Assembly (NCBI GenBank): GCA_030704615.1
Contig: CM060731.1
Span: 90,520,001 to 90,584,000 of the forward strand
Reading direction: 5' to 3'
DNA: 64,000 nucleotides
DNA from: Takakia lepidozioides
Lineage: Eukaryota > Plantae > Bryophyta
The notes beneath the pieces were generated by a model. That model did not search any database. It saw only the letters and a list, made by a program, of their open reading frames with translations, and was not told the DNA's origin. How positions within the stretch are numbered: position 1 is the stretch's first letter; each line of letters begins with the position of its first letter. Position numbers and translations under genes: made by a program. Below are positions 25,114 to 37,522 of this stretch, one piece after another.

Positions 25114-25846
25114 TGTCGCGGCCCTTTGCCTTGAGGGCAGGGGGTCGGGACACATGAGGGGCTGCCCCTGTGGTGGGGGCAGCGGGCGCAGCGATAGGTA
25201 CGGGGGGCTGAAGCACCCTTGAGTGCCAAAGGCACTCAAGGAGGCGGAGGCGCTCACTAGGTGGAGCCCCGCACACCGGGTTGTTGCGGTGGGGGTGGCT
25301 CCACAAGGGGTGGTGGTAGCTTAGTGGGACTTAGTGGGGGTGGCATAGGACTCACCATGGGGGCGGAGACCTCGTGGTGGGAGTCCTGGGGAGTCTTGGG
25401 ACTCATCACGGCCCAATGGGGCCATGGTGGGTGGGCCAAGACTCACCGCGACTCATCACCGGGAGTCGAGGGTTTCGTGTGGTGGTTCGCCATAAAATGG
25501 CATGGTGTTTGTGAAACCCCCGCGGACAGCTACAGAAGTATATATAGGGAGTAGTAACCCCGAGAACGGTGCAAGCCCGTTGGTGACCAAAAACTAGTGA
25601 GTAAGCGAGCGAGCCGGAAAGCGACCAAAGAGTGGGGAGTTGTTCCGGACTGCCAACTACCAAAGGGAATTCCCACTGGGCCCAAATCGGTGGAGGGTTC
25701 TGTGGGAGAGCGAAGGGGGACCGTTATGTCCCGGTGAGCAGCCGAAGCTCCAAGTTGGCCCGGCGGCTAGGTTGGGAGTTAGGCGCGCGCATCAAAGCGA
25801 GTAACTATGACTTGAAGGGGAGCTTACCGAAGTGAGGTGCGCGACA
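25114..25846 (+). repeat. 3' LTR
   Basis: Direct repeat of 21520-22248, followed by TSD ACATC. Confidence 0.95.
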
Positions 25847-27090
25847 ACATCTCTGATTTTACTCTGAATCTACCTGCAAAGATCCATGACGTGTTTGTCG
25901 CTAACATCACTCAATGTTACGAAAACATACCTTTGACAGGTGAAGATAATTTGGGTGCCGCCATCGAATACGTGGTTCAGATTGCCTTCCGGCAATACCA
26001 CATTGCCCACCCTCGATCCAACCACTCACTATGGATTTCAGCCAGGAATGACACCTTCGGGAAATGTAGGTGGGGACCTTCCTCTCCTAAAACTGGTACG
26101 TGGATTGAGCTCTCCGAAGCTAGATTGCTTGGGCTCCACAAGTGATTGATGACTCATTGCTTTGTTGCTTTGGGGGATCGAGTTTGGCAACAAGTTTCTG
26201 GCATACCCATGGGTTTTTCATGTTCTCCTTTATGGTGTGATATTTACTTCTTGTCCTATGAACTAAGATTCATCCTCCGATTGGCGGCTCTAGGACAGTT
26301 CCTGCTTATGGCTAAATTTAAATCAGCCTTACGGTACATTGATGACATCTGTTGGTTGAATGTTGGTGATGCTAAGCTATTTCTTGATCCTCCTACGGAC
26401 AGAAATAGCCAAAACCCATGGTGGGTTTACCCACTCAATGTAGTGGAAATTAAACCGGAGTTATTAAGAACCAAGGATACACCTTACACTGGCCTGGAAG
26501 CTTGTTTTATGAATGTACAGATCAGTGTACTGAATCCTGATACTGGTTTGTTTCAGTTCCGGAAATATGATAAGAGAAGGATGCTGCCCTTTTCTTACAC
26601 ACAATACATCCAGTTCCTTTCTAACCGACCTGTAAATCAGTCTTACAATGTGGTGGTCTCCCAGGCTTTCCCTATTCTGTATATTTCCAGCAGCACTGAC
26701 TTTGCCTAGAATGAATGTTGTGCTCTTATCCAAACCCTTGGGAGGAATGGCTTCAAGACCAAGAAGCTGGTTCGAATCCTCATTAAGTTCCTGGAACATG
26801 GCTCTTTTCCTGGTCTCCACTTCCTGCTACACGAGCTAATTACCAAGCTAAGAGGTATAATGGATTCCACATGACCTTATACATGTCCTCTTTTGTTCAA
26901 GTGGCTGATATGTGTTTAAAGGGAGGAAGTAGGTTTTTCCAACCCCTTTGGCAATCTTGTCCAGGGATTGGGAACTATTTTTGCAGTAGGAGAAACCTTG
27001 TGAAGGGGTCTAGTATGCACTCCCTTATGGGGTGAGTGCATACCACACTCACTCCATAAGGAACTGCCACACCAGGGGCTGGTTGGTGGG

Positions 27091-29884
27091 TGCGCCCTCT
27101 CTCCCTCTGTCTCCCTCCCTCCTTGGAATTGGCCGGTTTTATCAGTGTTTTTTTCATGTTTTTCCATCTATACCGGATGGACTCTAAACAGTTTTTTCAC
27201 CCCCCCATAACAATTTTTTATCCATACCGGATGTATTACCTGGGTGAACATTAAATTACCTCTAAACTGAGTCTATGATTTTTTCATTCTTCTTTTATTG
27301 ACTTTCATCCATACCACATGAGTCACCAGAGAATGAGGAATTACCTCTGTAGGGGTTGACATTGGCATCCTATATTTTTTTTTTTCCATCCATACCGGAT
27401 GAAAAGTAGCATGATATTAATTCGTTCATTCCTCTTTTATGGCTTTTTTCCGTACTGGATGAGGCATTTTTTTGGGGATGTTGAATTACCTGTTAGGATG
27501 TGAAACCGATGCTTTGGATGTTATTTACTGTTTTCCATCCTACTGACGAACTTTCTCCAACGGATGAACTTATTGACTTTTCATCTGAACCGGATGAAAT
27601 ATGCAGCTTATGATGGCCCTGGACTGATCATTAATTACCCTTAATTATGGTTAATTAAGGAGTGAAACCCTAAACCCTACCCTACAACCTACTGTTTAAA
27701 CCTAGCTAACGGATGACATCCGTCGGGTTTCGAAAAATGTGGTGTTGATTACTCATCCTGCACGGATGAAAAATTGGGCATGAGCCCTAGGGTGTCTCTC
27801 CCGCCGTCAGAAGCACTGCTTGTGCTTCTGAGCTCGCGGGATGAGAGTTATGGCGTCTGCATTTTGCTGCTACCCTGTTTGTTGCATCGTACCCATGCTG
27901 GACGATCTCCTGGGGATGCGCAATGGCGGCGTTTTGTCTATTCTCACAGGCGGGAGACTATGCTGTGAATGCATTGTCTCTTTCCCTCCTCTGGCTTTTA
28001 ATTTTTGCAGCGGCGCTTGTGTTGGGAAGTATCTCTCTCTCCCTTCTTAAACCTAGCAAGAGTGCTTGTATGCTTCACTTCTCCTTAGCTTTGCTGGAGG
28101 TGGCTTGCTGGTGGCGATGGCGCACAATTATCTTCCCCAATCGCTCAAGGTGCTTTTGGTGATTAGGGTTCCTTTTGCTTTATGTCTTTCTCTCTTGCTT
28201 TTGAGGTTCTACATCGATGACAAGTGTAGGGGTCTGTGATTCACCTGGGGTTCCACAATCCTCACTAACCTGTTGGTTTTTGTGGGGGCTTGTGATGGGA
28301 CCAGGTGAGAATCCCTACTTGCTTTGAATTCTCTTGAGCTTGCAGATAAGGATGTGGGCAAAGGGAACCTATTGTGTATGGCGTCCTGACTTGGCTGCTG
28401 CCTGCAGCCCCGATTTCGGCCCGCTTGCTCCTGGTTTGGCATGCTAATGCTTACTTTTGACTTATGTTTTGCTGCCTTTGATGGAGCACTTCAGCCTGGC
28501 AGGCTTGTCTCTTGAAGCCCAGCATCTGGACCTTACCTTGTCTTGAATCTTTGACAGCATTGCCTATGGATTTTTAAACTAGGTACTGTTCTGGCCTTAA
28601 AAGAGGAGTTATGGTTTATGGGTAAAGGCATCAATGGCTGTTAGGTTCTAAGGATGAGGAGGCCCTGTTTTTAAAGATGGCAGCCTGATAAGGCAATGAC
28701 AGGCCTCTTTCAGGCCTGGATTTGGTATGGAATGGAGCATATAGTGAGGTTTTATTTGCAAAACCTGGCATAAGCCTCCTGGAAAACAATGGTGGTAAGC
28801 TCTACCGGACCTTTGCCAGTGATTATTTGCCTTATTTTTCCATCAGATCAGCCACCTGCAATGTATGATTTATTATTTTTTGGCCAAGTGGGCTTGGTCT
28901 CGGGCACTCAAAGTGTATGTGTGTCCATATCTTGAAGCAGTAACATGGCAGGCCTTTCTTCCATGCCAAAATGCCTTACATGATGCATGTCTTGGGGAAA
29001 TTATACATGGTGTAGAATGAAGTTGCAGTCTGTCTTGTCATGCCCAAGAGTCACTTGGTTGCATGTTTGGAATCTAATAAACTGCAGGCTGGTCCATTAA
29101 GATGCTTGTGTATACATGTCTTGAATCTGTAGTATGGCAGGTTGTTCTTACCTACCCAAGGGGCCTTGCATGATGCATGTCTTGGGGTACTTACAAATGG
29201 CAAAGAGTGAAGCTGCAATATGTTTTGTCATGCCCAAGAAGTTTACTTGGTTGCATGCTTGAAATCTGATTAATTGCAGGCTGGTCCTTCAAGGTACTTG
29301 TTTGAACATATCCTGAATCTGTAGTAGAACAGGCTGTTCTTACCTACCCAAGGAGCCTTGCATGATGCATGTCTTGGGGTACTTACAAATGGCAAAGAGT
29401 GAAGCTGCAATATGTTTGTCATGCCCAAGATATTACTTGGTTGCATGTTTGAAATCTGGTAAATTGCAGGCTGGTCCTTCAAGGTGCTTGTATGAACATA
29501 CCCTGAATCTGTACATAACTGGGCAGGCGGTTCCTACCTACCCAAGGAGCCTTGCATGGTGCATGTCTTGGGTTACTTACAGGAATTTGAACATGAATAA
29601 ACCCCGCCCTCCCACCCTGTTTTATCATGATTGAATGGGTGTTGTCACTTGGTCTGCTATGACAAGACTGGAAGTGTTAGATGGTGCCATGTTTATGGGC
29701 TGTTTATGTCTTTAATTGACAATGACCCTAGTAGGGTCTTGTCCATGTCTTGACATGACATAAATATCTTCCCACTCTCTCCATCTCTTTTGTCTCTCTC
29801 CCTCTCCCTCTCTCTTTTTAACTTTTTCTGCACCCTCTCTCCTTATGTGGTTTGTTTATTTTTATGAGCAGCAAAAAAAAGAGG

Positions 29885-29942
<58 letters not shown>

Positions 29943-30045
29943 AGGAAACAAAAAAAAAAAAAAAAAAAAAAAAAAAAGGTGGGCGGAGAGTGACAGAGCA
30001 AGCTGCTGCTCAGTCACTCCCCCCCCCCCCCCACCTTTCTTTTTT
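27091..30045 (+). repeat. Right inverted arm (family A, longest copy)
   Basis: Reverse complement of 17603-20455. Contains a CATCC-N4-GGATG array, a ~190-bp tandem repeat (28.95-29.58 kb), (GA)n, poly-A and a terminal palindrome. Confidence 0.93.
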
Positions 30046-30329
30046 CCCTTTGTTGCCCTCGAGACCCCCAGCACTTGCTGCTCTCAGCCCCCACATGCTT
30101 GGTTTTTTTTGTTTTTGATCTAGAATGTAGAGGTTGTTTCCTAATGAGGCCAACTTTTGGGTTTGCATGACAGGTGCCAGGCTTATGGGAAAGAGAAGAA
30201 GTCCCTGCCCCAAAGAAAGGGCGGAGAATCCGTTTGCTGTCGGCACATGTGACGCGCCAGGGCGTCTCACGGTCTACCAGCCCCATCGACAGCCGCAGCC
30301 GGAGGGCTCGTCTGCCCCCCCGAGGCCAG

Positions 30330-31408
30330 TATCCCAATTACCCTCATTCTCTCCTCCCCACTACATCTTTGCGGACAGTCTCACATTGCTTTTCCTTATT
30401 TGTAACCACCTCTTCTGCCCCTCCTCACACCATCACCATCCAGATCGTAACCTTATTGTAGCCATAGCCAGACTTGCAATAGACCTAGGCCAACCCATCC
30501 ACTTCCTGAAAGTCCGCTCACATACCAATATTGTTGGCAATGAGGAGGCTGACCTCCTCGCTCAAACTGGCATTGTCGAGCCCCTTGTCGATCCCATCAA
30601 CGATCATATTCACACTACGCACACCCATCCAATTTGGCTAATACACCCAGTCCCAAAACCCCTAGACCCTAAGCCTATATGTAACCTCCTTACTATCCTC
30701 ACTAAGGAGGCGGCCAATCAGCAAGCTAGGACATCTATGAGTCACACCAAAATCCACATTAAAAAATGGACACTCTCCACTATATTCCATCATAAACTCT
30801 CCAACTATTTCTGGCACTCCAAAGCTGCGACCGATGCTCAAATTAGACAAACGCTTAAATTTTGATACGCTCAATACATGGGCCACCAACGCAAACATGT
30901 CTTTTGGCCATGCCTATTTCCCTCACCAAACTGCCCTCTATGCTCTCACACCCATCAGGTTAGAGACACATGGCCGCATCTTTTGAGCCAATGTACCCAC
31001 CCGGTCATCCACGACCTAGTCATCCACGACCTACATATAACCCGTCATAACCAAGCAGTCTGGCACATCCACAAACTCCTTATGCAACGCTCCGAAACCC
31101 GCTGGTTCTCACTCCTCAATGCAGGCACCTACCAAGGTAAACCTCCAGACCATACTGTCCCACCATGGCTACTCCCATGCATGTGTCCGCGCTCTCCTTG
31201 CACCTGTCCTGCCAGGCTATGCCCTGACATCCTGCTTGTTCACGGCCTACCCATCAATACCCAGCCACCTACCTCCCCATCCTCACATATCACCATCTAT
31301 TTTGTCGAATTCACATACTGCCATGATCGCTACCCCACCTCCTCCATTTTAACAAAATGACAAAAGTATGCACCACTTACCCTTGCTATCCGTCGCAGGG
31401 GCTGGAAT
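30330..31408 (+). mobile_element. Dualen/RandI-like fragment (RNase H, CCHC, RLE); its 3' end lies at 40.1-40.5 kb
   Basis: YIFADSL, KVRSHTNIVGNEEADLLA, CPLCSHTHQVRDTWPHLLSQC, RHNQAV, RLCPDIL, FVEFTYCHD and KYAPL..AIRRRGW. Confidence 0.85.
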
Positions 31409-31409
31409 A

Positions 31410-33849
31410 ACGGAGAGATGCGGTTTATGAACAAGCGGTTGGCGCAGAAGCAACAAGGTTCTTATCTATCTCTTAAATTGTTGGAAGCTACAATTGGAAC
31501 CATGCAGGGAATTAAGTATAAGTGGGCAGATTTTGTTGCCGCCTGAATGCATGAGGAGTTGGGTTTGAGGAAACGATCGCCCAAAATTGTACCTTTGCAC
31601 TGTAGCAGTTATCTAACAGCGGTTATACAGAAACAATTAGGGATCACAACATTGAGAGAGAAGGAGATTTTTGGTGGTGTAAGGATTACTAATGTCAAAT
31701 CATTCGAGACGACTGTCCAGAAACCATTGGCAGAAAAGAAGTATGAAGCCGCAACTGACAACCTGTTACTGAGAAAGGGGAATGTTCTAAGAGTGTACAG
31801 GAAGGAGCTCTCATAAAGGAGATGAGCAGTTCTTGACCAGAGATGCCAACGGTATAAAGGGAATGAATTCGCAGAGGCAGCACAACAGGGAGATCATGTC
31901 CGCAGTGTACCACTTACATCAGGCATATTTGATCATGAAGAAGAAAGAGGCAGAATTGATAGAAGCAGCGAATAAGGCGCAGAAGAGGATGAATGATGAA
32001 AAGGCCAAAGTATCACGGTATGTTTAGTTTGCAATAGTACAAGAAGAAGGAGTTTCAAGCGGCACACACTCGTCACTATGAGGAGATAGTACAATGCAAG
32101 GAGGATCAAAGAAATTATCGATGGAGGTTGAGGACTTTGAAAAGCAAGTAGCAAAATTGCAAGAATGTAAACAGAACTAGGAAGTGTCAGGAAGAATTGT
32201 TGGAAGCCAAGAAGCAATTGCAATTTGTCATCAAGAGGTGGAGCGCATAATAAGGCCTGGTTAGATGGTGAGGGTAAGGTTGAAATGAGGGAAGAGGTTG
32301 TGCACCTGAGAGGAAGACTTAAGGCCTGTGAGCAAAAATCAGAGAAGAGACATACTGCAGATGAGGGACAATGTTCCAGGAAATATAAAGAAGAGTGAGA
32401 ATGGAGAAGTATTAGATTACGATAGTGAGTTTGAAATCTCAGGCAGAGGAGAGCCTAATGGATATGGCTGAGAGATTAATCCATTGAAGGAGCAAAATGC
32501 CTGCGGCTAATTCATTGGCAGAGGCTTATGATTTCGGATGCCTGTTTGTTGAGAGCCATTTTTGGGTAGCCAGCGAAACAAACCCAGTTTGGCACCAGTG
32601 TGTGGTCCTTGGGATTGAGAACCTATTGGCGGAGATGATCTTAAGAGGGCATATTATGGTTGAGGACCCTTCACTGAGGTGTTCGTGGAGGTGGGTGATC
32701 TAGGCGGGACTAACTTTCATGTACTACAAATAGTTTGGAACGCAACTTGGAAGCAAGAATCTTGAGAGCGAACCCAGAGTTACTGCGTACTGGGTTTGCG
32801 TCAAATAGGACACATGAGCTGGAGGAGATGAACACCGACCAAAACAAGAGGAATTGCAAATGGCATGCCCATTACAGTGCAGTTGATGAAAGATATTACA
32901 GTTCCACACTTGTTGCAAACCATGATTCATAACACTTATCATAGGATTCGGGAGAGAGGTACAGTTGATCTGCCTGCTGTGGCTTACATATTTTTCTAAC
33001 AATAATGTGGGGTGCAAAGTTGATGAGATGGTGCAGTTGTCTTCTTGGTCAAATATTTAGGAGAAGGTTGGACCCAGGGTATGGAATGGAAACTCATGAG
33101 CCCAATAAAATTGTTCAATTGATACAATCACGTCCGGAGCTCAAGATGCCACTCAATTGGCTTTATCCTTTGTTCGTGGGTAAATATCATATGTGCTTTG
33201 ATGATCGGGAGGCGCGGCCATATCCGAAATGGGAAGTAGTGCTTTGGATGGGAAGAGACTACCATCAAACAATGAAGAAAGAGGAAATGGTTCAATTGGG
33301 AGAACGGGAAATGGCAGAAGAGAGAGAACCCATTCCTCATTCTATTTTGCAAGAATGGTCTTTTTGTAAGTGTGCAAGAAGGGGAAAATGGAAGGAAGGA
33401 GAGACTATGACTACAATACCCTATAATTGGCCATGGATTTTTTTGGCAACTTTGACACTCCAGAGAGTTCTTACAATGCTTATGCTGCATTTCAAGCAAT
33501 TCATTCGATTCATCTCGATCCATTTTGTTTTTAGGCTTCGATGTTTGCCGGGGTGTTGGCTCATCGGTGTTCAAATTACGCAGTAGCTTTCAATGTCAAT
33601 GTGAGGCAATTGAATAAGTACGAGTTTCAACTATTGGCTAAGGTGCACTATCATCAGACGAAGATCATCAGAATTTTGGAGCTGATGTGCCTCACTGGGT
33701 TTATTATTGGTGCAGATGGGACCTTATATGATGAGAGCGGGAAGAATCGTCATGATGTCCTACATACTTTTTATGGTTGGCAAAAGCAGCAGAACCCAAA
33801 TCTTAGGCATAGGTCGGAGGAGCCTGTTTGCAAGAGATCAAGATATTAG
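31410..33849 (+). pseudogene. Degenerate accessory ORF(s) of a gypsy element (C-terminal part)
   Basis: Broken frames reading MRFMNKRL...YKWADFVAA*MHEEL, then a coiled-coil region. Followed by a PPT-like tract and TG. Continues the ORF at 40498-40900 if the block is re-inverted. Confidence 0.6.
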
Positions 33850-33901
33850 GAAGTATAGAGGTAGTGTTTGCCGGGGCGCTACACATGTAGGAGTGGGGCT
33901 A

Positions 33902-34985
33902 TGTAGAATAATGGTTATTTTCTATTTTGTAGAACAAATGTTTAGAAAGCTAAGTAGAAGACATTGAAATATGAATATAGAATTATTTGGGTTTTATTGA
34001 GTAAAATTGCAAAATCATCCAATTGGATGTAAATTGGGTAGAATGGGATGTAGAATTGGATGAAAAATTAGGGATGGACAAAATAAAATTAGATGATAAA
34101 TGGGATGAATAATTTGGTAGTTAGAATTAGAATTGGGTAGTTAGAATTGGGAGATTCGGCTGAACACGATGAATCTAGAGTAGTGATATAAAAAGGGTGA
34201 ATGTGAGATAGAAGTTGTCATTTGAGCAAGAGTGCCCAGGCCCTAGCACTACGAGGCTAGTCTGTTGCTTCCAATTCTTAGCAATAGAGATTTAGTATTC
34301 AAGAGATGATAGTGAGTCCAGAGACCTGAGAGAGCAGGCTCTATATTATTTAATAATGTGTGAAGAGAGAGAAGTAAGCATTATTTTGTATAAGAGTTGG
34401 ATTGAATTTTATCAAGTGGATTTGGTTGAATGATTCTACGAAGTAAATGAAGAGATGTTTTATATTAATTCAAAGGAGTGATATGTAGATTATTGGAGAA
34501 GAAATTGACTATGGAGAAGGAGAATTGAATAATTAATTGTGTTATTTTATTGGTGATAACTTATTGAATGCTTATTGGGATTAATTGATCGTGACATAGC
34601 TTTTCCTTTGGGTTGTTTGTGCAAGTGCTGAATCAGGCGAGGAGCCCAGGGAAGGCATTGAAGGGGGAGATACGGGGCTTGGCCCCTCTCCGGCAGCCAT
34701 TTCCCCCCAGAAGCGCACAGTGTCTCCTTGCCCATGTCGTCCAAAGGTATTTTCCACGTGCCTACTATCAATTAAACTTTACTTGTTTTGCTACTCCAGG
34801 CCTCATGTGGTCATGCCCTAACTTGGCATTACCTCGTTTTTACCAGACTCGCAAGACACAAACGAAGAAGAGCAGCAGAAGGGAGACATAGGAGACTGTG
34901 GTGACGTCGATTTCGTAAGCATTCATAGGGTTGTGGCCGATCCTACCAAATTATGGTACGTGTTCGTCAAGTATTCACTTCGGTT
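33902..34985 (+). repeat. Probable 3' LTR (right boundary uncertain)
   Basis: Purine tract AGGAGTGGGG immediately before TGTAGAA at 33902, then AT-rich non-coding DNA with TATATAAAAA. No partner LTR in the window. Confidence 0.4.
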
Positions 34986-35239
34986 ACCTACTTGTCATGT
35001 AGTGTTTGTCCCAGCAGCTTGGTGATGTGGACGCTCTGAAGCCCCTCTTCCATAGTATTGGACAGCCGTCCAGTTGTGGTTTTTGTGCTTGTCCTTGGCA
35101 ACAATGTTGGATCTGCTGCTTTGAACGACCTTTAGTCAGCGGAGTAGTGTGTTGGTTGACAAAGTGAAGCAGTTCCAACGGGCGGCAAATGGCATTTTGT
35201 TGTTGTCAAGGTAGTATTTGATTCGTATGTGTAGAGTAG

Positions 35240-37170
35240 TTGAGGACAGAGAAGTTGAGGAGCTTGCAAAAGTTCCAGAGGAAGCCTACTGAGAGTTTGA
35301 GAGAGGCTTTTCCTCGCATGAGGCGCTTGATTAATGTAACCCAAGGGGTTACGGAGGCTCAGGCAGTCCAATTCTGGTATGGGATATTGGACAAGGAGCT
35401 GAGGAGAAGGGTGCAGGAGGCAACTCTCCTACAAGCGGCCCAACCACCTTAGCAAATGTGTTTTTGCTGGCAGAGTGGATAGAGCTCAACATGGTGGAGG
35501 AACGAGTGGTCATGGTGGGATTTGCTAAAGAGGCACCACGGGGTAGTGGTACTCCTAGTCAGTCACTACCTCAACGTGCTCAAGGCAACAAGAGGGCTCA
35601 GGTGAAGCCCAGGGAAGGGCAGAGAGGACCTCAGATGCAGGGGTCTCTCCCTTCATTTGCAAGCCAACCACGGGCGGATGTGGTGTGTTGGACATATGGA
35701 GGACCCCATGTCAAGAAGGATTACCCAGAGGGAGGCAATGGTTTGGCACCGGCACAGCCCGCACAGTTGCAGTGTGGGCATTGTGGCAAGTACGGGCATG
35801 GAGAGGCCCAGTGCTATGGTTTGCATCTTGAATTGCGCCCATGCCAATTCCAAGGGGACAATGGTGTCCGGGGGCGAGGTGGAGCAGCCCAGAGAGGACG
35901 AGGTGGCCATGCACGAGGTGCAGACAAAGGGCAAGCTCAACATGGCCAAGGACGCGGAGGTCAGGGTGTTGACCAAGCATGGCCAACGGCTTCAAGCAGC
36001 TAGAGCAGAGGCTCTCTGCCATGGCCACAGCTCAGGTGGTACCGGCTCCAAGGCCGGATGGTCCACCTTCTGCTCCTGAGGGAGAAGACATGGGAGGCAT
36101 GGGATTCATGTGCGGGGCAGCACTACCACTAGTGAGGGGTGCCACTACCACTACCACTATGGGTGGGGCACCACTACCACTAGTGAGGGGGTGCCACTAC
36201 CTACCACTGTGGGTGGGGCACCACTACCACAATGTCGGGCCAGCACTACCACTCCACTATGTGTGGGGCAGGACTACCACTAGTGCAAGTGGAGTCAGCT
36301 GCGGCAGTGACTCCAGGAGCAGCACGAGTTCCTGAGCCACGAGGTGCGGAGTTGAGTTGGATCCACAACGTGGGGAGGCAAGCCGTAAGGCCAGGCTTCC
36401 TCAGTCATTCACATGGGCGGAGACAATGTCGATGCCGTCCATGGCACCTATTTCTCACCCGACTGTTAACGAGGCGGAGGTTACTATGCCATTGGAGAGC
36501 TACACGGGCAGCACCACTACCTAGTGTTGCCAAGGCCGTAGGCAGCTAGTGTGCTGCTAGGGGCGGCCACATTGTGTGCCAGGCTCTATTGTTCTCCGGC
36601 TATTATGATTGCGACGCCGGGGGTAAGACCAGCTGAGGTGTTCAGGCTGGCATCTACACTATGTGAGAGTGGGAGGTTACTTCATCTTCTGCGGAGATAG
36701 TGGGAGGTGTATTGCCGGAGGGATCCTCGGATATGAGGGTCAAGAAGACTGCCATAGCGGCACCATGGCAAGCTGCAACTGCCAAGTTGGCGGAGCTGCC
36801 AGCTAGGCCAGCCATTGAGCGCGCCATGGTGACACCTGGAGTTGTCATGTTAGACAACCAGGATGACATTTTTTGTTTGAGTGGACCGGCAGGCAAGAGG
36901 TACCGGCAACTGCGAGTCTTGTTGGACTCGGGAGCTCAGCCATTGATGCTGGCAGAGTTTCTATTGCAGCTTGGGGGCCTCACGGAGGCGGATATGAGCC
37001 GTGCCCTCTCCAGATACAGACCTCTCTTGGAGGATCAGAGCAGGCACGGGGCATGACACGGCATGAGTTGGCTATCAGACTACAGTCGGATCATCCTACA
37101 GATGGCTCAGTGATGAGAGCCAAGGCCATTGTGACAGACGCGGTCTCATACAATGTCTTTTGGCCCGAGC
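35240..37170 (+). mobile_element. Degenerate gag-protease of another LTR retrotransposon family
   Basis: gag-like RKPTESLREAFPRMRRL, knuckle CGHCGKYGHGEAQC, protease VLLDSGAQPLML. Internal tandem GGGGCACCACTACCAC repeats at 36105-36285. Confidence 0.7.
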
Positions 37171-37199
37171 TCCCTCTATACGTACACTAGACACTTGAG

Positions 37200-37522
37200 C
37201 CAATTTGGAGCTAGTTAAAAGGGGTTCATGTATGAGAACATACTTACACGATTTGGCTGTCCCCTGGAATTTATCAGTGAGCAGGGAAGTCACTTCATTA
37301 ATAAGACCATTGAACTATTAACTAAAGAGTTCATGATTGTGCATAGGAAGAGTACGACTTATTACCCACAGGGTAATGGGCAGGCAGAGGCTACCAACAA
37401 AATACTATGTACTATCTTGGCTAAGATAGTCAATGCAAACAGAACAGATTGGGATACAAAGCTGCTGACAGCTTTGTGGTCATACAGGACCTCATATAAA
37501 GTCACCACTAAGTATACACCAT
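37200..37522 (+). mobile_element. Gypsy integrase core fragment
   Basis: YENILTRFGCPLEFISEQGSHF...YPQGNGQAEATNK, nearly the same as 49440-49730. Confidence 0.88.

Larger units (their letters stand above)
21520..25846 (+). mobile_element. Non-autonomous Ty3/gypsy chromovirus (Galadriel-like) with both ends intact
   Basis: Two ~730-bp near-identical LTRs with TGTCGCG...CGCGACA termini, 5-bp TSD ACATC (21515-21519, 25847-25851), PBS, gag, protease and chromodomain; no RT, RNase H or integrase core. Confidence 0.95.
20457..26874 (+). pseudogene. Penelope-like element reverse transcriptase (Naiad/Chlamys-type), interrupted by an LTR element
   Basis: Motifs ECVC...HVRTMDLNII...LGMNHIP, GLDKANNNVCFMC, PYMMGIYKLHKKKYRWI, WIIDNI|SDF, (D>N)ITQCYENIP, QVSGIPMG, RYIDDI and YDKR...SNRP...VVSQ. 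No RNase H, integrase or C-terminal GIY-YIG. Removing 21520-25851 rejoins the frame (ATA GAC AAC ATC TCT GAT). Several stops and frameshifts. Confidence 0.88.

Noticed and set aside
20457-26874. DIRS-type element (RT with inverted terminal repeats)
   Set aside because: RT motifs are PLE-type, and there is no gag, RNase H or tyrosine recombinase.
36105-36285. CRISPR-like repeat-spacer pattern
   Set aside because: Eukaryotic context, degenerate units with no unique spacers, and located inside a gag-pro relic; it is a minisatellite.
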